A stretch of 64,000 nucleotides of DNA from Oligoflexia bacterium (GTDB lineage Bacteria > Bdellovibrionota > UBA1018), in assembly GCA_963758495.1 (NCBI GenBank), contig CAVWVI010000003.1, forward strand, positions 512,001 through 576,000, given 5' to 3'. Positions 10,428 to 20,532 of this stretch are shown piece after piece. The translations under genes were made by a program, and so were the position numbers. A model generated the notes under the pieces. It was not told the origin of the DNA. It did no database searches and worked only from the letters and a program-made list of their open reading frames with translations. How positions within the stretch are numbered: position 1 is the stretch's first letter; every line of letters starts with the position of its first letter.

Positions 10428-11816
10428 ATGCTGCACGAAAATGTCTTACAGGCAATTGGCAATACGCCCATCGTTCGACTCAACCGAGTCGCTCAAGGGA
10501 TTCATGCAAATATTTATGTAAAACTCGAATTCACGAATCCAGGAGGGTCCATTAAAGACCGAATCGGCTGGTGGATGATCGAGGACGCCGAAAAGAGAGG
10601 TCTGCTCCAACCAGGTGGCACTATCGTAGAAGGAACCAGTGGAAATACAGGTGTCGGCCTGGCTATTGCTGCTGCAATTAAAGGCTATAAGTGCATTTTT
10701 GTTCTTCCCGATAAAATGTCTTCGGAAAAAATCAGAAACCTCAGGGCATTTGGAGCTAAAGTAGTGGTTACACCGACGGCTGTCGAGCCTGATGATCCTC
10801 GAAGTTACTATCAAGTTTCTCGTAGATTAGCGCGTGAGACTCCCAACTCCCTCTATATGAATCAATACGACAATCTCTCGAATCGAGAAGCTCATTACAA
10901 AATGACTGGCCCAGAAATTCTGAGTCAAATGCCTGAAATTGATGCTTTTGTCGCAGGGATCGGAACAGGCGGCACTATTTGTGGTGTGGGAAAATATTTA
11001 AAGGAAAAAAAGCCCTTATGTCAGGTCATTGCAGTCGATCCTGTGGGCTCTATTGTTTATGAATATTTTAAAAGCGGAAAGATTCTGAGCGCACCCAAAA
11101 CTTACAAGATTGAGGGTATCGGTGAAGATTTCATTCCAAAGAATTACGACCTTTCCGTAATCGACGATGTAGTACAAGTGGAGGACAAGGAATCCTTCTT
11201 ACTCACTCGCGACCTCTTAACAAAAGAGGGACTTTTTGCGGGTATCTCGAGTGGCTCTGCTGTCATGGGAGCAATAAGATGGGTCAAGAAACAAGGTGAG
11301 CGCTTTAAAAATAAAAATATTCTCGTCATTCTTCCTGATAGCGGCAATCGGTACATGTCTAAGGTCTATAATGATGACTGGATGAGGGAAGCAGGTTTTC
11401 TCGAAAAGCCCTCTATGGGTTCCGTCGCGGATCTGATGCATATGACTCGAGCCAATCGGATTTCGATTGTTCTCGCCAAACAGACTGATAAGGTCTCGGC
11501 GGTCATTGAACGAATGCGAGAAAAAAATATTAGTCAACTTCCGATTTCGGATGATGCAGGTTGGATTAAGGGAGTAGTCACAGAAGGTGCCATTTTAAAT
11601 GCACTTTACGAAAATCGAATTCAACCGACAGACTCGATTGAAAATCTCGTTGATCCTTCTGTTGAGTTTGTCACTCCAGAAGACCCCATTGAAAAAGTTT
11701 CACGTCTTGTGACCGCTGGCAAAACTCCACTTGTTACAGATCCAAATAAACAAGGTGAACTTCTGACCATCATTACTAAAATTGATCTTCTTACTTTTCT
11801 AGGACATCGCACATGA
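10428..11816 (+). CDS. cbs: Cystathionine beta-synthase with C-terminal CBS domains
   Basis: IGNTP, NPGGSIKDR (PLP Lys), TSGNTG, GIGTGGT, IEGIG; C-terminal CBS pair. Start at ATG 10428. Confidence 0.9.
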   Translation: MLHENVLQAIGNTPIVRLNRVAQGIHANIYVKLEFTNPGGSIKDRIGWWMIEDAEKRGLLQPGGTIVEGTSGNTGVGLAIAAAIKGYKCIFVLPDKMSSEKIRNLRAFGAKVVVTPTAVEPDDPRSYYQVSRRLARETPNSLYMNQYDNLSNREAHYKMTGPEILSQMPEIDAFVAGIGTGGTICGVGKYLKEKKPLCQVIAVDPVGSIVYEYFKSGKILSAPKTYKIEGIGEDFIPKNYDLSVIDDVVQVEDKESFLLTRDLLTKEGLFAGISSGSAVMGAIRWVKKQGERFKNKNILVILPDSGNRYMSKVYNDDWMREAGFLEKPSMGSVADLMHMTRANRISIVLAKQTDKVSAVIERMREKNISQLPISDDAGWIKGVVTEGAILNALYENRIQPTDSIENLVDPSVEFVTPEDPIEKVSRLVTAGKTPLVTDPNKQGELLTIITKIDLLTFLGHRT

Positions 11817-12976
11817 AAGAATCCCATTTAGATACAAAAAAAGGTTTTGGAACTTTAGCCATTCATGCAGGACAAGCACCAGAACCTATGACTGGCGCAG
11901 TCATGACGCCGATTTTTCAAACTAGCACTTATGTTCAAGAATCTCCGGGCAAGCATCGTGGATATGAATACTCCAGAACCGACAACCCCACTCGAACTGC
12001 TTATCAAGATTGTGTTGCAGCTCTTGAAGGAGCCAAACATGCCCTTGCCTTCGCTTCTGGGCTTGCAACCACAGATGCTGTATTGCACACATTAAAAGCC
12101 GGAGACCATGTTGTTTCATGCGACGACGTTTATGGCGGCACTTTCCGTATTTTTGACAAAGTATTTAAGAAGATGGGAATTGAATTCACCTTCGCCGATC
12201 TCTCTGATTTAAAAAAAGCCGAGACCGCTTTTCGCCCGAATACAAAATTACTTTGGATGGAAAGTCCAACCAATCCCATGCTGAAAATTTTAGACATTAA
12301 AGGACTCACGGCACTCGCAGCACGCAAAAATGTCATTTCAGTTGTCGATAATACTTTCATGAGCCCTTATTTTCAAAAGCCCCTTGAACTGGGTGCTGAC
12401 ATTGTCGTTCACAGTGTCACCAAATACATGAACGGACATAGCGATGTTGTGGGGGGTGTCTTAGCAACGAACAACACTCCATTATATACGGATTTAAAAT
12501 TCTTCCAAAACGCGGTTGGCGCAATCCCTGCTCCCATGGATTGCTTTTTAGTACTGCGAGGACTGAAAACTTTGCATGTACGAATGGAGCGCCACGCTCA
12601 AAATGCGATGGCTATTGCACGTTATCTGGAGAAGCATCCAAAAATTGAGAAAGTGATTTATCCAGGGCTCGAATCGCATCCTCAGCATGCGCTTGCGCGC
12701 GAGCAGATGTCAGGGTTTGGTGGAATGATTACTTTTTTTATTAAAGGGGGCTTGACTGAAGCCAGGACATTCTTAGAAAAAGTCCGTATTTTCGCATTGG
12801 CGGAAAGCTTAGGTGGTGTTGAATCTCTCATTGAACATCCTGCGATTATGACTCATGCAAGCATTCCCGCAGAAACTCGTAACTCTCTCGGAATTCATGA
12901 TAATCTGATCCGAATCAGTACTGGGATTGAAGATCTTGCAGATCTCACCGCAGATTTGGCTCAGGCGTTACTATAA
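11813..12976 (+). CDS. Cystathionine gamma-lyase/synthase
   Basis: YSRTDNPT, ESPTNP, DNTF, HSVTKYMNGHSD and AESLGGVES motifs; coupled to CBS. Confidence 0.92.
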   Translation: MKESHLDTKKGFGTLAIHAGQAPEPMTGAVMTPIFQTSTYVQESPGKHRGYEYSRTDNPTRTAYQDCVAALEGAKHALAFASGLATTDAVLHTLKAGDHVVSCDDVYGGTFRIFDKVFKKMGIEFTFADLSDLKKAETAFRPNTKLLWMESPTNPMLKILDIKGLTALAARKNVISVVDNTFMSPYFQKPLELGADIVVHSVTKYMNGHSDVVGGVLATNNTPLYTDLKFFQNAVGAIPAPMDCFLVLRGLKTLHVRMERHAQNAMAIARYLEKHPKIEKVIYPGLESHPQHALAREQMSGFGGMITFFIKGGLTEARTFLEKVRIFALAESLGGVESLIEHPAIMTHASIPAETRNSLGIHDNLIRISTGIEDLADLTADLAQALL

Positions 12977-13155
12977 ATTCGTAACTACTCACGCATAGCA
13001 TTCAGTTGAAAATATCTCCATTCGAAGCCTCAGGAATCGAGCGGCAAATTTTTGACTATCTGAAATACTATTTTTAAAATACATCTTGTAGATTTAGCAT
13101 ATAGTCATAATAATAGAATATATCGCATAGCGGATAAGGTGATTATATTCGATTT

Positions 13156-14301
13156 TTGGAATATTTATTTTCATACAAATTATTCATGCCCCACGGTCAT
13201 TGTTTTCTTTGGAGTTCTGATATTCTGTGGGTTTCAGTCATTTCAGACGCCGTGATTGCTACGGCGTACTATGCGATTCCACCTGTACTATTTTATTTCA
13301 CTAGGAAGAAAAAAGATCTTCCATTTGTTTGGATGTTTTTTCTATTTTGTGGATTTATACTATTATGCGGAACGACACATATACTTGATATATGGACAAT
13401 TTGGATTCCAGTCTACCGATTGTTAACTTTTACAAAAGCAATTACTGCGAGTATATCTATTGTAACTGCTATTTTGCTTATTCCTCTCATTCCGAAAGCG
13501 CTATCGCTCAGAAGTCCAGCCGAACTTGCAGCAAAGAATAAGGAGTTAGAGAGCGAAATAAAAGAGCGCGAACGGATGGAAAAACTTTTAAAAGAACAAC
13601 AATTAAGGACTACTGAGTCCGCAAAAATGTGTGCTTTAGGTGAGATGGCTGGAGGAATCGCCCATGAGGTTAATAACCCCCTGACAGGCATTAAAAATAC
13701 AATCTCACAAATGGCCGAGCTTTTGACTGAAGATCCCATTGATAGGAAAACTCTCATTGAAATGGCGAACACCATTGAGAAGACAGCAGATCGAGTTGCT
13801 AAAATCGTTCAGGGACTTCGGTCCTTTTCCAGGGATGGAAGCCAGGATCAACACCAAAATGTAAACTGTAGGCAACTGATTGATGAAACATTAGCTTTCT
13901 GCAACGAACGATTCAAAACTCACCGGATTCAATTAGTAATAGAAGAATTCAAAGACGACGTTGCGTTTAATGGTAATTTTATCCAAATCTCCCAGGTTCT
14001 TCTTAACCTCTTGAACAATGCTTATGATGCCGTCCAGAACCTTGAAGAAAAGTGGGTCAAAATTTCAATTATCGATCGACAAGAAAAGGTAGAGATTTCT
14101 GTAACAGACAGCGGTCAGGGCATTACCTTCGAAAACCAGAGTAAGCTTTTCCAGCCTTTTTTCACGACGAAAGAGATCGGCAAAGGGACTGGAATTGGCT
14201 TAAGTATTGCGTTAGGAATTATTCAGAGTCACCGGGGAGAGATAAAAATTGACCCACTATGTAAGAATACAAAATTTTTGATCCTCATACCGAAAAAATA
14301 A
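13156..14301 (+). CDS. Sensor histidine kinase with ethylene-receptor-like N-terminal membrane domain
   Basis: MPHGHC, SD..IA.AY..IP and FILLCGTTH in the TM region; HEVNNP, NLLNNA, DSGQG, PFFTTK and GTGIGL boxes. Confidence 0.88.
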   Translation: MEYLFSYKLFMPHGHCFLWSSDILWVSVISDAVIATAYYAIPPVLFYFTRKKKDLPFVWMFFLFCGFILLCGTTHILDIWTIWIPVYRLLTFTKAITASISIVTAILLIPLIPKALSLRSPAELAAKNKELESEIKERERMEKLLKEQQLRTTESAKMCALGEMAGGIAHEVNNPLTGIKNTISQMAELLTEDPIDRKTLIEMANTIEKTADRVAKIVQGLRSFSRDGSQDQHQNVNCRQLIDETLAFCNERFKTHRIQLVIEEFKDDVAFNGNFIQISQVLLNLLNNAYDAVQNLEEKWVKISIIDRQEKVEISVTDSGQGITFENQSKLFQPFFTTKEIGKGTGIGLSIALGIIQSHRGEIKIDPLCKNTKFLILIPKK

Positions 14302-14342
14302 AAAACAAAAGCATCGAACTTTATGGAGATTAGGAATAAAAA

Positions 14343-14726
14343 ATGGGAGACCTAAAAAAATATACGATCCTTGTGGTCGATGATGAGGAAATCGTCCGAA
14401 ATTCCGTTAGTTTTGATTTTAAGAGAAAAGGTTTTACAGTTTTTTCTGCCGAGAGCGGTGATGAAGGATTTAATATTGTAAAGGCAAATAAAACCGATCT
14501 TGTTCTCTCAGACATTCGGATGCCTAACGGCGATGGATTGTCACTTCTCGAACAAATTAGGACCTACGATCCAGCTATTCCGATAGTTATTTTTATGACT
14601 GGCTTCAGTCAAATCAGCGAGAAAGAATGTATTTCCAAGGGAGCACAAAAAGTAATTCTAAAACCATACGACCGTAAGCAGCTTATGGACACTATATTTC
14701 AAATGCTTGGCATTCCTGCAGTTTGA
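14343..14726 (+). CDS. Single-domain response regulator
   Basis: VVDDE, SDIRMP, MTG and KP receiver motifs. Confidence 0.92.
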   Translation: MGDLKKYTILVVDDEEIVRNSVSFDFKRKGFTVFSAESGDEGFNIVKANKTDLVLSDIRMPNGDGLSLLEQIRTYDPAIPIVIFMTGFSQISEKECISKGAQKVILKPYDRKQLMDTIFQMLGIPAV

Positions 14727-14784
14727 GAACATAACGAAAATCCTAAAACATGGACGTAGAGAGAGCCCTTGAGTATAGAGCTTC

Positions 14785-15921
14785 TTAAGTCGCCTTAGCA
14801 AGTCGAAGGACTCGTGAATTCACATCGAAGATGATTGCTGTGCAATCTCGCGCAGGCACATCGTTTTCATCCCCAAGTTTTGACTTCACTTTAAATGCAA
14901 ACTCGTTGAGAACCTTAAGCGAATCATTGTCTCTAAACTGATCTAAATAGTTTCGAATTCCGGCAGCACTTTCGAATGCTTGGGTAAACCCATCAGAGAC
15001 CAAAGCAAATCTGCTCTCCGGTTCAAGATGAATCTCACCTTCTTTTTCTGTTTTAAATCCAGAACTGCTTGAAATTACGCCGCCTTGACGCGGTAACTCA
15101 AAAGTAGAGTGACCCAGTGCTGAGTAGTAAGCTGAAATATTCCCAAAGTTCATATACCTTAAACACTGATCTTCACGAGAATAGCTTCCATAAAATAAAG
15201 AAAGTTGATTTTTCTCTCCTAATAAAGCTGCTAATTCATCGTAAATTCGTTTTACAACCTCAGTCGTTGCTCCTTTTTTTCTAAGATGATCCAATGAAAG
15301 CTTAGCAGTGACACTCATCACACTCGAAAGAACTGCACTGGAAAGTCCATAACTGGTTGAATGAGAAAGAATGATAGACAGTTGCTTTTTATCGCTCGAC
15401 TCTGCCAAGTCAAAATAATCACCACCCGATCGCATTCCTGCAATATAGCGGCTCGACACTTTAAAACCCTTCACTTGGGGAAAGCGCTTAGGAAGCTTAG
15501 CTTTTTGAATCCGCTCTGCTACGCGAAGCTCTTCGTGAAGGTATTCCAAAACATCTGAGAAGGAGGCATGCATCTCTTCCACTTCCTTCCACATTAAAAT
15601 TTGCTCATAGCAACGAACTTTACTCATGACCTCGAGACGGCGAAAAGGAATTGTAATCAGATCATCTACCAGCCCCCGAGCGAGTAGATCAGGAAAAGGA
15701 TGATGTTCATCTAACACCAAAAAAATAGCACGCCCTTTGCGATCTAACTTTTTTAAAAATTCTTCTAATTGTCCTAAAGTCCCATCTACAAAAACAATCT
15801 GGCCATATTCTTTCACTTCTGAAGCTTGCGTCACTCGAATGTCAACGACGCTGCTCAATTGATTGACCCAATTTTTTAACTTTTCAACATCTTCTGAATA
15901 GACTGTAAGACTTAAACTCAT
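14785..15921 (-). CDS. Degenerate receiver plus SpoIIE/PP2C-like phosphatase
   Basis: AERIQ..LP, SGGDYFD, SDG and RDCTAI motifs. Confidence 0.8.
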   Translation of the reverse strand: MSLSLTVYSEDVEKLKNWVNQLSSVVDIRVTQASEVKEYGQIVFVDGTLGQLEEFLKKLDRKGRAIFLVLDEHHPFPDLLARGLVDDLITIPFRRLEVMSKVRCYEQILMWKEVEEMHASFSDVLEYLHEELRVAERIQKAKLPKRFPQVKGFKVSSRYIAGMRSGGDYFDLAESSDKKQLSIILSHSTSYGLSSAVLSSVMSVTAKLSLDHLRKKGATTEVVKRIYDELAALLGEKNQLSLFYGSYSREDQCLRYMNFGNISAYYSALGHSTFELPRQGGVISSSSGFKTEKEGEIHLEPESRFALVSDGFTQAFESAAGIRNYLDQFRDNDSLKVLNEFAFKVKSKLGDENDVPARDCTAIIFDVNSRVLRLAKAT

Positions 15922-15942
15922 AGCTCTTTCCCCGTCTCCACT

Positions 15943-17037
15943 CTAGAATGTTCTCATCTGGTATTGCAGCATGAAGCGTGAGTCACCCACACTCATATAC
16001 GAACCGCCAATCTCCTCTGTGTACCAAGTCAGAGCAATCTCGGCACCCGGTCGTTTCATACCGAATCCAGCACTCGGGTATCCATCACCCCAGCCACCTC
16101 TCAAAAAGATTCCACTTTGAAATATAAACTCTGTCCCAATTGCGAGATGACCCAAAAATGCATCACCCGATTGATTCGTTATGTCTCGGTCCTCCAGTAC
16201 CAAATTCATCGCCACACCTTGCCCAAGGACAGGCGTAATACTGAATGACCCATCAAAAGTCATAGGCTCCGTAGCAGGTGCGCCAGTAGAAGTACTCGTG
16301 AATGAAATAAGTGAATTTGAATTATATTGTGTATTAAAGACATTTCTTGCCACCAGATTCACCGATGGAAGTAAACGAATAGGAGCTGTTATCGCTACAC
16401 CGACTGTATGTGAAAAACCAGAGCCTTGCGCAAGTCCCTGATTGTAACCTAAAGGGGATGTGTCTCCCGGAACCGTCGGAGTTCCTATTGCTTCATTCAC
16501 CCATTGTAAACTATAGCCCAACCGCACCACTCCATCAAAGAGACGAAAGCCCGTTCCAAGAGTCGGAATAAATTGATAAAGGCTTTTATAGGTAATGGAA
16601 CCCTGTGAATTCGCTTGCGCAGCGAGTTGTGATTGCATTAAAATTCCGAAGGCCAACCCTGGAAAACCAAAGTTTGGTAATATCGCCCCCCCTACGCCGG
16701 CGAGTTGTCTCTTATTACTATCTAAAGTCGCTTGATAGGAACTCAAACTAGTTACTTGGAAGAAGTTCAAACCCATCATACTTAGATAAGAAGAACTCGC
16801 ATAAATAGAGTAATTGATAGGTTCAAATACTGCTTTTCTGATTTTTCCTAAATCTGCCGGATTGTAAAATAACCCGGACGCAGGGTCATCGCCCAAAGGT
16901 AAATACGCATCCCCCATGGCGGCCGCTCTACCGGAAGTATATCGAGAACCGGGAATGATATCTTCTCTCGCAAATGCCGAGATACTTAATCCCAAACAGC
17001 CTAAAATAAATACTACGAATGTGAGTAGATTAAGGAA
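15943..17037 (-). CDS. Putative outer-membrane beta-barrel protein (start codon uncertain)
   Basis: GRAAAMGDA..DD..LFYNPA N-terminal motif seen in FadL/PorV/TraF-like barrels, C-terminal Phe. The frame is open upstream of TTG 16995 through a signal-peptide-like stretch to a stop at 17043. Confidence 0.7.
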   Translation of the reverse strand, partial: FLNLLTFVVFILGCLGLSISAFAREDIIPGSRYTSGRAAAMGDAYLPLGDDPASGLFYNPADLGKIRKAVFEPINYSIYASSSYLSMMGLNFFQVTSLSSYQATLDSNKRQLAGVGGAILPNFGFPGLAFGILMQSQLAAQANSQGSITYKSLYQFIPTLGTGFRLFDGVVRLGYSLQWVNEAIGTPTVPGDTSPLGYNQGLAQGSGFSHTVGVAITAPIRLLPSVNLVARNVFNTQYNSNSLISFTSTSTGAPATEPMTFDGSFSITPVLGQGVAMNLVLEDRDITNQSGDAFLGHLAIGTEFIFQSGIFLRGGWGDGYPSAGFGMKRPGAEIALTWYTEEIGGSYMSVGDSRFMLQYQMRTF

Positions 17038-17068
17038 TGTTTTACTCCAACTTAAAAATGAAAAGTTC

Positions 17069-17746
17069 TTACGTTTCGTATTTGTACCCTATTCCGTAAA
17101 TAGAGAGAATATGCTTGGATAGACCTGGGATTTTACGCCTCAGTGCCCTAATATGAACATCAATAGTCCGATCATTTGCTTTAGAGGAATCCTCTTTCCA
17201 TACTTCTTTTAAAATTTTATCTCGAGATACAATATTTCCGTGCTTTTGAGCAAGGTATCGGAGAATATCAAATTCTGTCAAGGTGAGTTGCGCTTTTTTC
17301 CCTTCAAATATGACCTCACGGCTTGTCGGATCAATACTGAGATTACCAACTAGGATCGTTTGGACACTTTGTGCTTCGCTTTTTCTCAAATGAACTTTAA
17401 TTCGAGCGAGCAGTTCCTTGTAGTCAAAAGGCTTTGCTATATAATCATCAGCCCCCAGTGAGAGACCTTGTGTAATTTCAGTAACGCTACTTCTAGCAGA
17501 TAAGAAGATAATTGGAATTCGACTTGTTTTCTCATCTTTCTTGAGGAGACTGCAAGCATCGTAGCCACTTAAGATAGGAAGCGTGACATCTAGAATGATC
17601 AGATTTGGAGATTTATTTCGAGCGTAATCTACTCCAATTACTCCATTAGGCGCGACGATGATTTCGAATTCCTTTTTAAGCATGGCCTCTAGAAATCTTC
17701 TCGTGTCCGCATTGTCTTCAATAATTAAAATCTTTGATCTATTCAT
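17069..17746 (-). CDS. OmpR-family response regulator
   Basis: Receiver domain plus winged helix (LTLTEFDIL, RTIDVHI, YGIGY). Confidence 0.92.
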   Translation of the reverse strand: MNRSKILIIEDNADTRRFLEAMLKKEFEIIVAPNGVIGVDYARNKSPNLIILDVTLPILSGYDACSLLKKDEKTSRIPIIFLSARSSVTEITQGLSLGADDYIAKPFDYKELLARIKVHLRKSEAQSVQTILVGNLSIDPTSREVIFEGKKAQLTLTEFDILRYLAQKHGNIVSRDKILKEVWKEDSSKANDRTIDVHIRALRRKIPGLSKHILSIYGIGYKYET

Positions 17747-17747
17747 T

Positions 17748-18395
17748 CTATGCGGCCCTATGAAAGTGACTTGTTACAAACTCTTCCGTGATTTCCTCTT
17801 CAATCGAGCCCCACTTTGGGTGAGCTTTTAGAAAGATTCGCGCTAGATGAGTATCAAATTGGCGGCCCGAGAATTTTATAATTTCCTGATACGCAAACTC
17901 ATAAGAGCGTCCTTTTCTGTAGGAGCGCGTCGTAGTGATGGCGTCAAAGGTATCCGCAATCAAAATAATTCTGGCATGAACAGGAATTAAATCTCCCTGA
18001 AGACCGTCTGGATAACCACGACCATCAACTCGTTCATGATGATGTTTAATTGCAGGAAACATAGATCTAAAAAATGGAATTTTTGAGAGCGGATCCAAGA
18101 TCTCAACACTTCGAACGGGATGCTCTCGTATGATCTCTTCCTCTTCAGCGGTGAGGCGTCCGGGTTTCATTAAGACTCTATCAGGAATACCAATTTTTCC
18201 TAAGTCATGAAACACACTTGAGTATTCGACCTGTTTTTGCTCAAATTCGCTCAGGCCAGCTGCTTTCGCTAAGAGCCGTGCATTTCGGGAGACACGGCGG
18301 CAATGCCCATACGTATAGGGATCTCTCTCCATCAGTGTCTGGAGAAGTGTTTTAGATAATAATTCTGCCCAATCGGGAATTTTGTCCCATGCCAT
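17748..18395 (-). CDS. HD-GYP phosphodiesterase
   Basis: HDLGK, HHERVDGRGYP and ADTFDA motifs. Confidence 0.92.
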   Translation of the reverse strand: MAWDKIPDWAELLSKTLLQTLMERDPYTYGHCRRVSRNARLLAKAAGLSEFEQKQVEYSSVFHDLGKIGIPDRVLMKPGRLTAEEEEIIREHPVRSVEILDPLSKIPFFRSMFPAIKHHHERVDGRGYPDGLQGDLIPVHARIILIADTFDAITTTRSYRKGRSYEFAYQEIIKFSGRQFDTHLARIFLKAHPKWGSIEEEITEEFVTSHFHRAA

Positions 18396-18536
18396 GTCAG
18401 TCTCTTTATCGACACGGGGGATGGGGTACTTGAGAAAATTATTCTCACTCGTTAAACTACGACCATAATACAGTGCATTGTAATTATTTAGGTAGTATAT
18501 TGGGTCAAAATATTTCGAAAGTTAGGTTTTATTTAA

Positions 18537-19418
18537 ATGAGTACTGATTTATTGCTTTATTTGGGCACTATCTCTATTTGGGGATCTACTTGGCTCGTTA
18601 CTAAATTTCAATCGGGAGTAGTTTCTCCAGAAGTCTCGGTAGTTTATCGCTTCGCACTCGCTTCTATGATCCTTTTTATTTGGTGTTGGATAAAAAAGCT
18701 CAATCTCCGATTTTCACTGCAAGACCATTTTTTTATGATGTTACAAGGACTTGCTCTTTTTGGTTTAAATTATCAATTAATCTATTTGGCATCTCAATCT
18801 ATACCATCAGGACTGAATGCAGTGATTTTTTCGTCTATCTTAATCTTTGATATTATTAATTCTACCCTTTTTTATCATATGGCCATTACAGGTCGGACTG
18901 TATTAGCGGCACTTCTAGGATTGGTTGGAGTTGGGACGGTATTTTCTACCGAGTTATCTTCTCTGGATTACGCTCACGGACCTCTATTTGGATATATTTG
19001 CAGTCTGGGTGCTGCCATCATTACATCCTTTGGACATATGGTCGCGGTTCGACATCATAGGCGATCATTACCGGTGACTGAAACGAATGCGTTTGCAATG
19101 GGATATGGTGCGATTCTAACTACAATTTTATTGCTCATAAGAGGGATTCCCTTTTCTTTTGATGTATCTGCGCCGTACCTTACTTCGCTTTTTTATTTAA
19201 GCGTTTTTGGGTCGGTTTTTGCATTTGGATGCTACCTAAAACTTCAGGGGAGAATTGGGCCACAGCGATCAGCTTATGCTCCGGCAGTTACTCCCATCAT
19301 TGCTCTTGGAATATCAACTCTATTTGAAAATTATATTTGGACCTTGCAAGCAATTGTAGGATTTATTTTAATCCTTCTAGGCAATGTACTGGTTCTAGCA
19401 AGAAAAAAAAGTTCTTAA
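18537..19418 (+). CDS. EamA/DMT family transporter
   Basis: IWGSTW, about 10 TM helices, duplicated EamA pattern. Confidence 0.9.
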   Translation: MSTDLLLYLGTISIWGSTWLVTKFQSGVVSPEVSVVYRFALASMILFIWCWIKKLNLRFSLQDHFFMMLQGLALFGLNYQLIYLASQSIPSGLNAVIFSSILIFDIINSTLFYHMAITGRTVLAALLGLVGVGTVFSTELSSLDYAHGPLFGYICSLGAAIITSFGHMVAVRHHRRSLPVTETNAFAMGYGAILTTILLLIRGIPFSFDVSAPYLTSLFYLSVFGSVFAFGCYLKLQGRIGPQRSAYAPAVTPIIALGISTLFENYIWTLQAIVGFILILLGNVLVLARKKSS

Positions 19419-19623
19419 AATTCTACTTCTGGACCTACAAAAAAGTTGGCTGAGTTCTTGTTGGAGTAAGAAGATTTCTTTGTAACACGACGCACCACTA
19501 TCTCCATAAAATCTATTAACATAATTATTTTGAATCCCTCAATTTTCGTGCTAGATGCCTGCACTTGAACGTGAACTAAAAATACAGTTCATCCGCCGAT
19601 TATTTTAAAATAGGGGAATAATA

Positions 19624-20403
19624 ATGTTGAATAGAGGTATCTCTGCAGCAATTGCAGTAACTTGTCTTATGTCAGCTCAGACCGCCCGAGCTGAGAGTTT
19701 TTACTATCATGGCAGCACTATTGATGTGGCACCTCTCGCCGGTTCAGAGTGGGCTATCGCCCACAAGGGGCAGCTTCCGTATGAGAAGTGCTTCATCACT
19801 GCTCCCGACGGTTTAAATACTGATCGGACTGACGTTCTGGTTTATGGAGTATCTCACCTTCAAAGAACCGAAGACGAAGACAAGGCACCTCGCCTCGTTT
19901 GTTACTCTAGGACTTTGAAATTGGGATTTATGCTTCCCATCGGTCTGGACTCAACTGACCATGCAGGCCTACTAGCGCACATCATGATGGGAGAAGAAGT
20001 AAATGATAGCATGAGCGTCTCCAAATTGGACGGAAAGACTGTTTCAATGCTCTTTGGCAACTATAAAGGTTTTGAAGCCTCCCTTTCCGCGCTTTTCGGG
20101 TTCAGTGGCCAGATTATGACTAACCCTTACGGTGTAAAAATCAAAAATGCGCAGGGTCTCGCGTTTGCCATTGGTGTTTCGGCAGGATACGTTCAAACCA
20201 GCATCCTCAGACGAACCCACTATTACTCTATCGATGGTTCGAATCTACTCATGTTGGTTAATGGGACTGAACTTCCTCGAACAATGACGGATTGGTACAC
20301 GAGAGTAGAACATACCCATCCAAATGATCCTGTTCGCTTTCATATCGACACCACCGTGGATTATTCAAACTTGGATGACCTTCGATTCGTTAAAATTAAA
20401 TAA
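19624..20403 (+). CDS. Secreted hypothetical protein
   Basis: GGGG RBS-like sequence, signal peptide ending ARA, 259-aa ORF; Gly-rich beta region weakly reminiscent of DUF992/DUF1134. Confidence 0.7.
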   Translation: MLNRGISAAIAVTCLMSAQTARAESFYYHGSTIDVAPLAGSEWAIAHKGQLPYEKCFITAPDGLNTDRTDVLVYGVSHLQRTEDEDKAPRLVCYSRTLKLGFMLPIGLDSTDHAGLLAHIMMGEEVNDSMSVSKLDGKTVSMLFGNYKGFEASLSALFGFSGQIMTNPYGVKIKNAQGLAFAIGVSAGYVQTSILRRTHYYSIDGSNLLMLVNGTELPRTMTDWYTRVEHTHPNDPVRFHIDTTVDYSNLDDLRFVKIK

Positions 20404-20458
20404 TAAGTCAGACACCGCTTGGCTTGATATGAATGTTTTATAGTTAGATATGAATTAC

Positions 20459-20496
20459 TCATGAGTGTTTTATACCTTGATATACAACACTCATGA
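20459..20496. terminator. Hairpin between convergent genes
   Basis: TCATGAGTGTT...AACACTCATGA, 11-bp inverted repeat. Confidence 0.55.
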
Positions 20497-20532
20497 TTCT
20501 ATTAAAAATACGGAGTAATCGAACCGTCCTTA

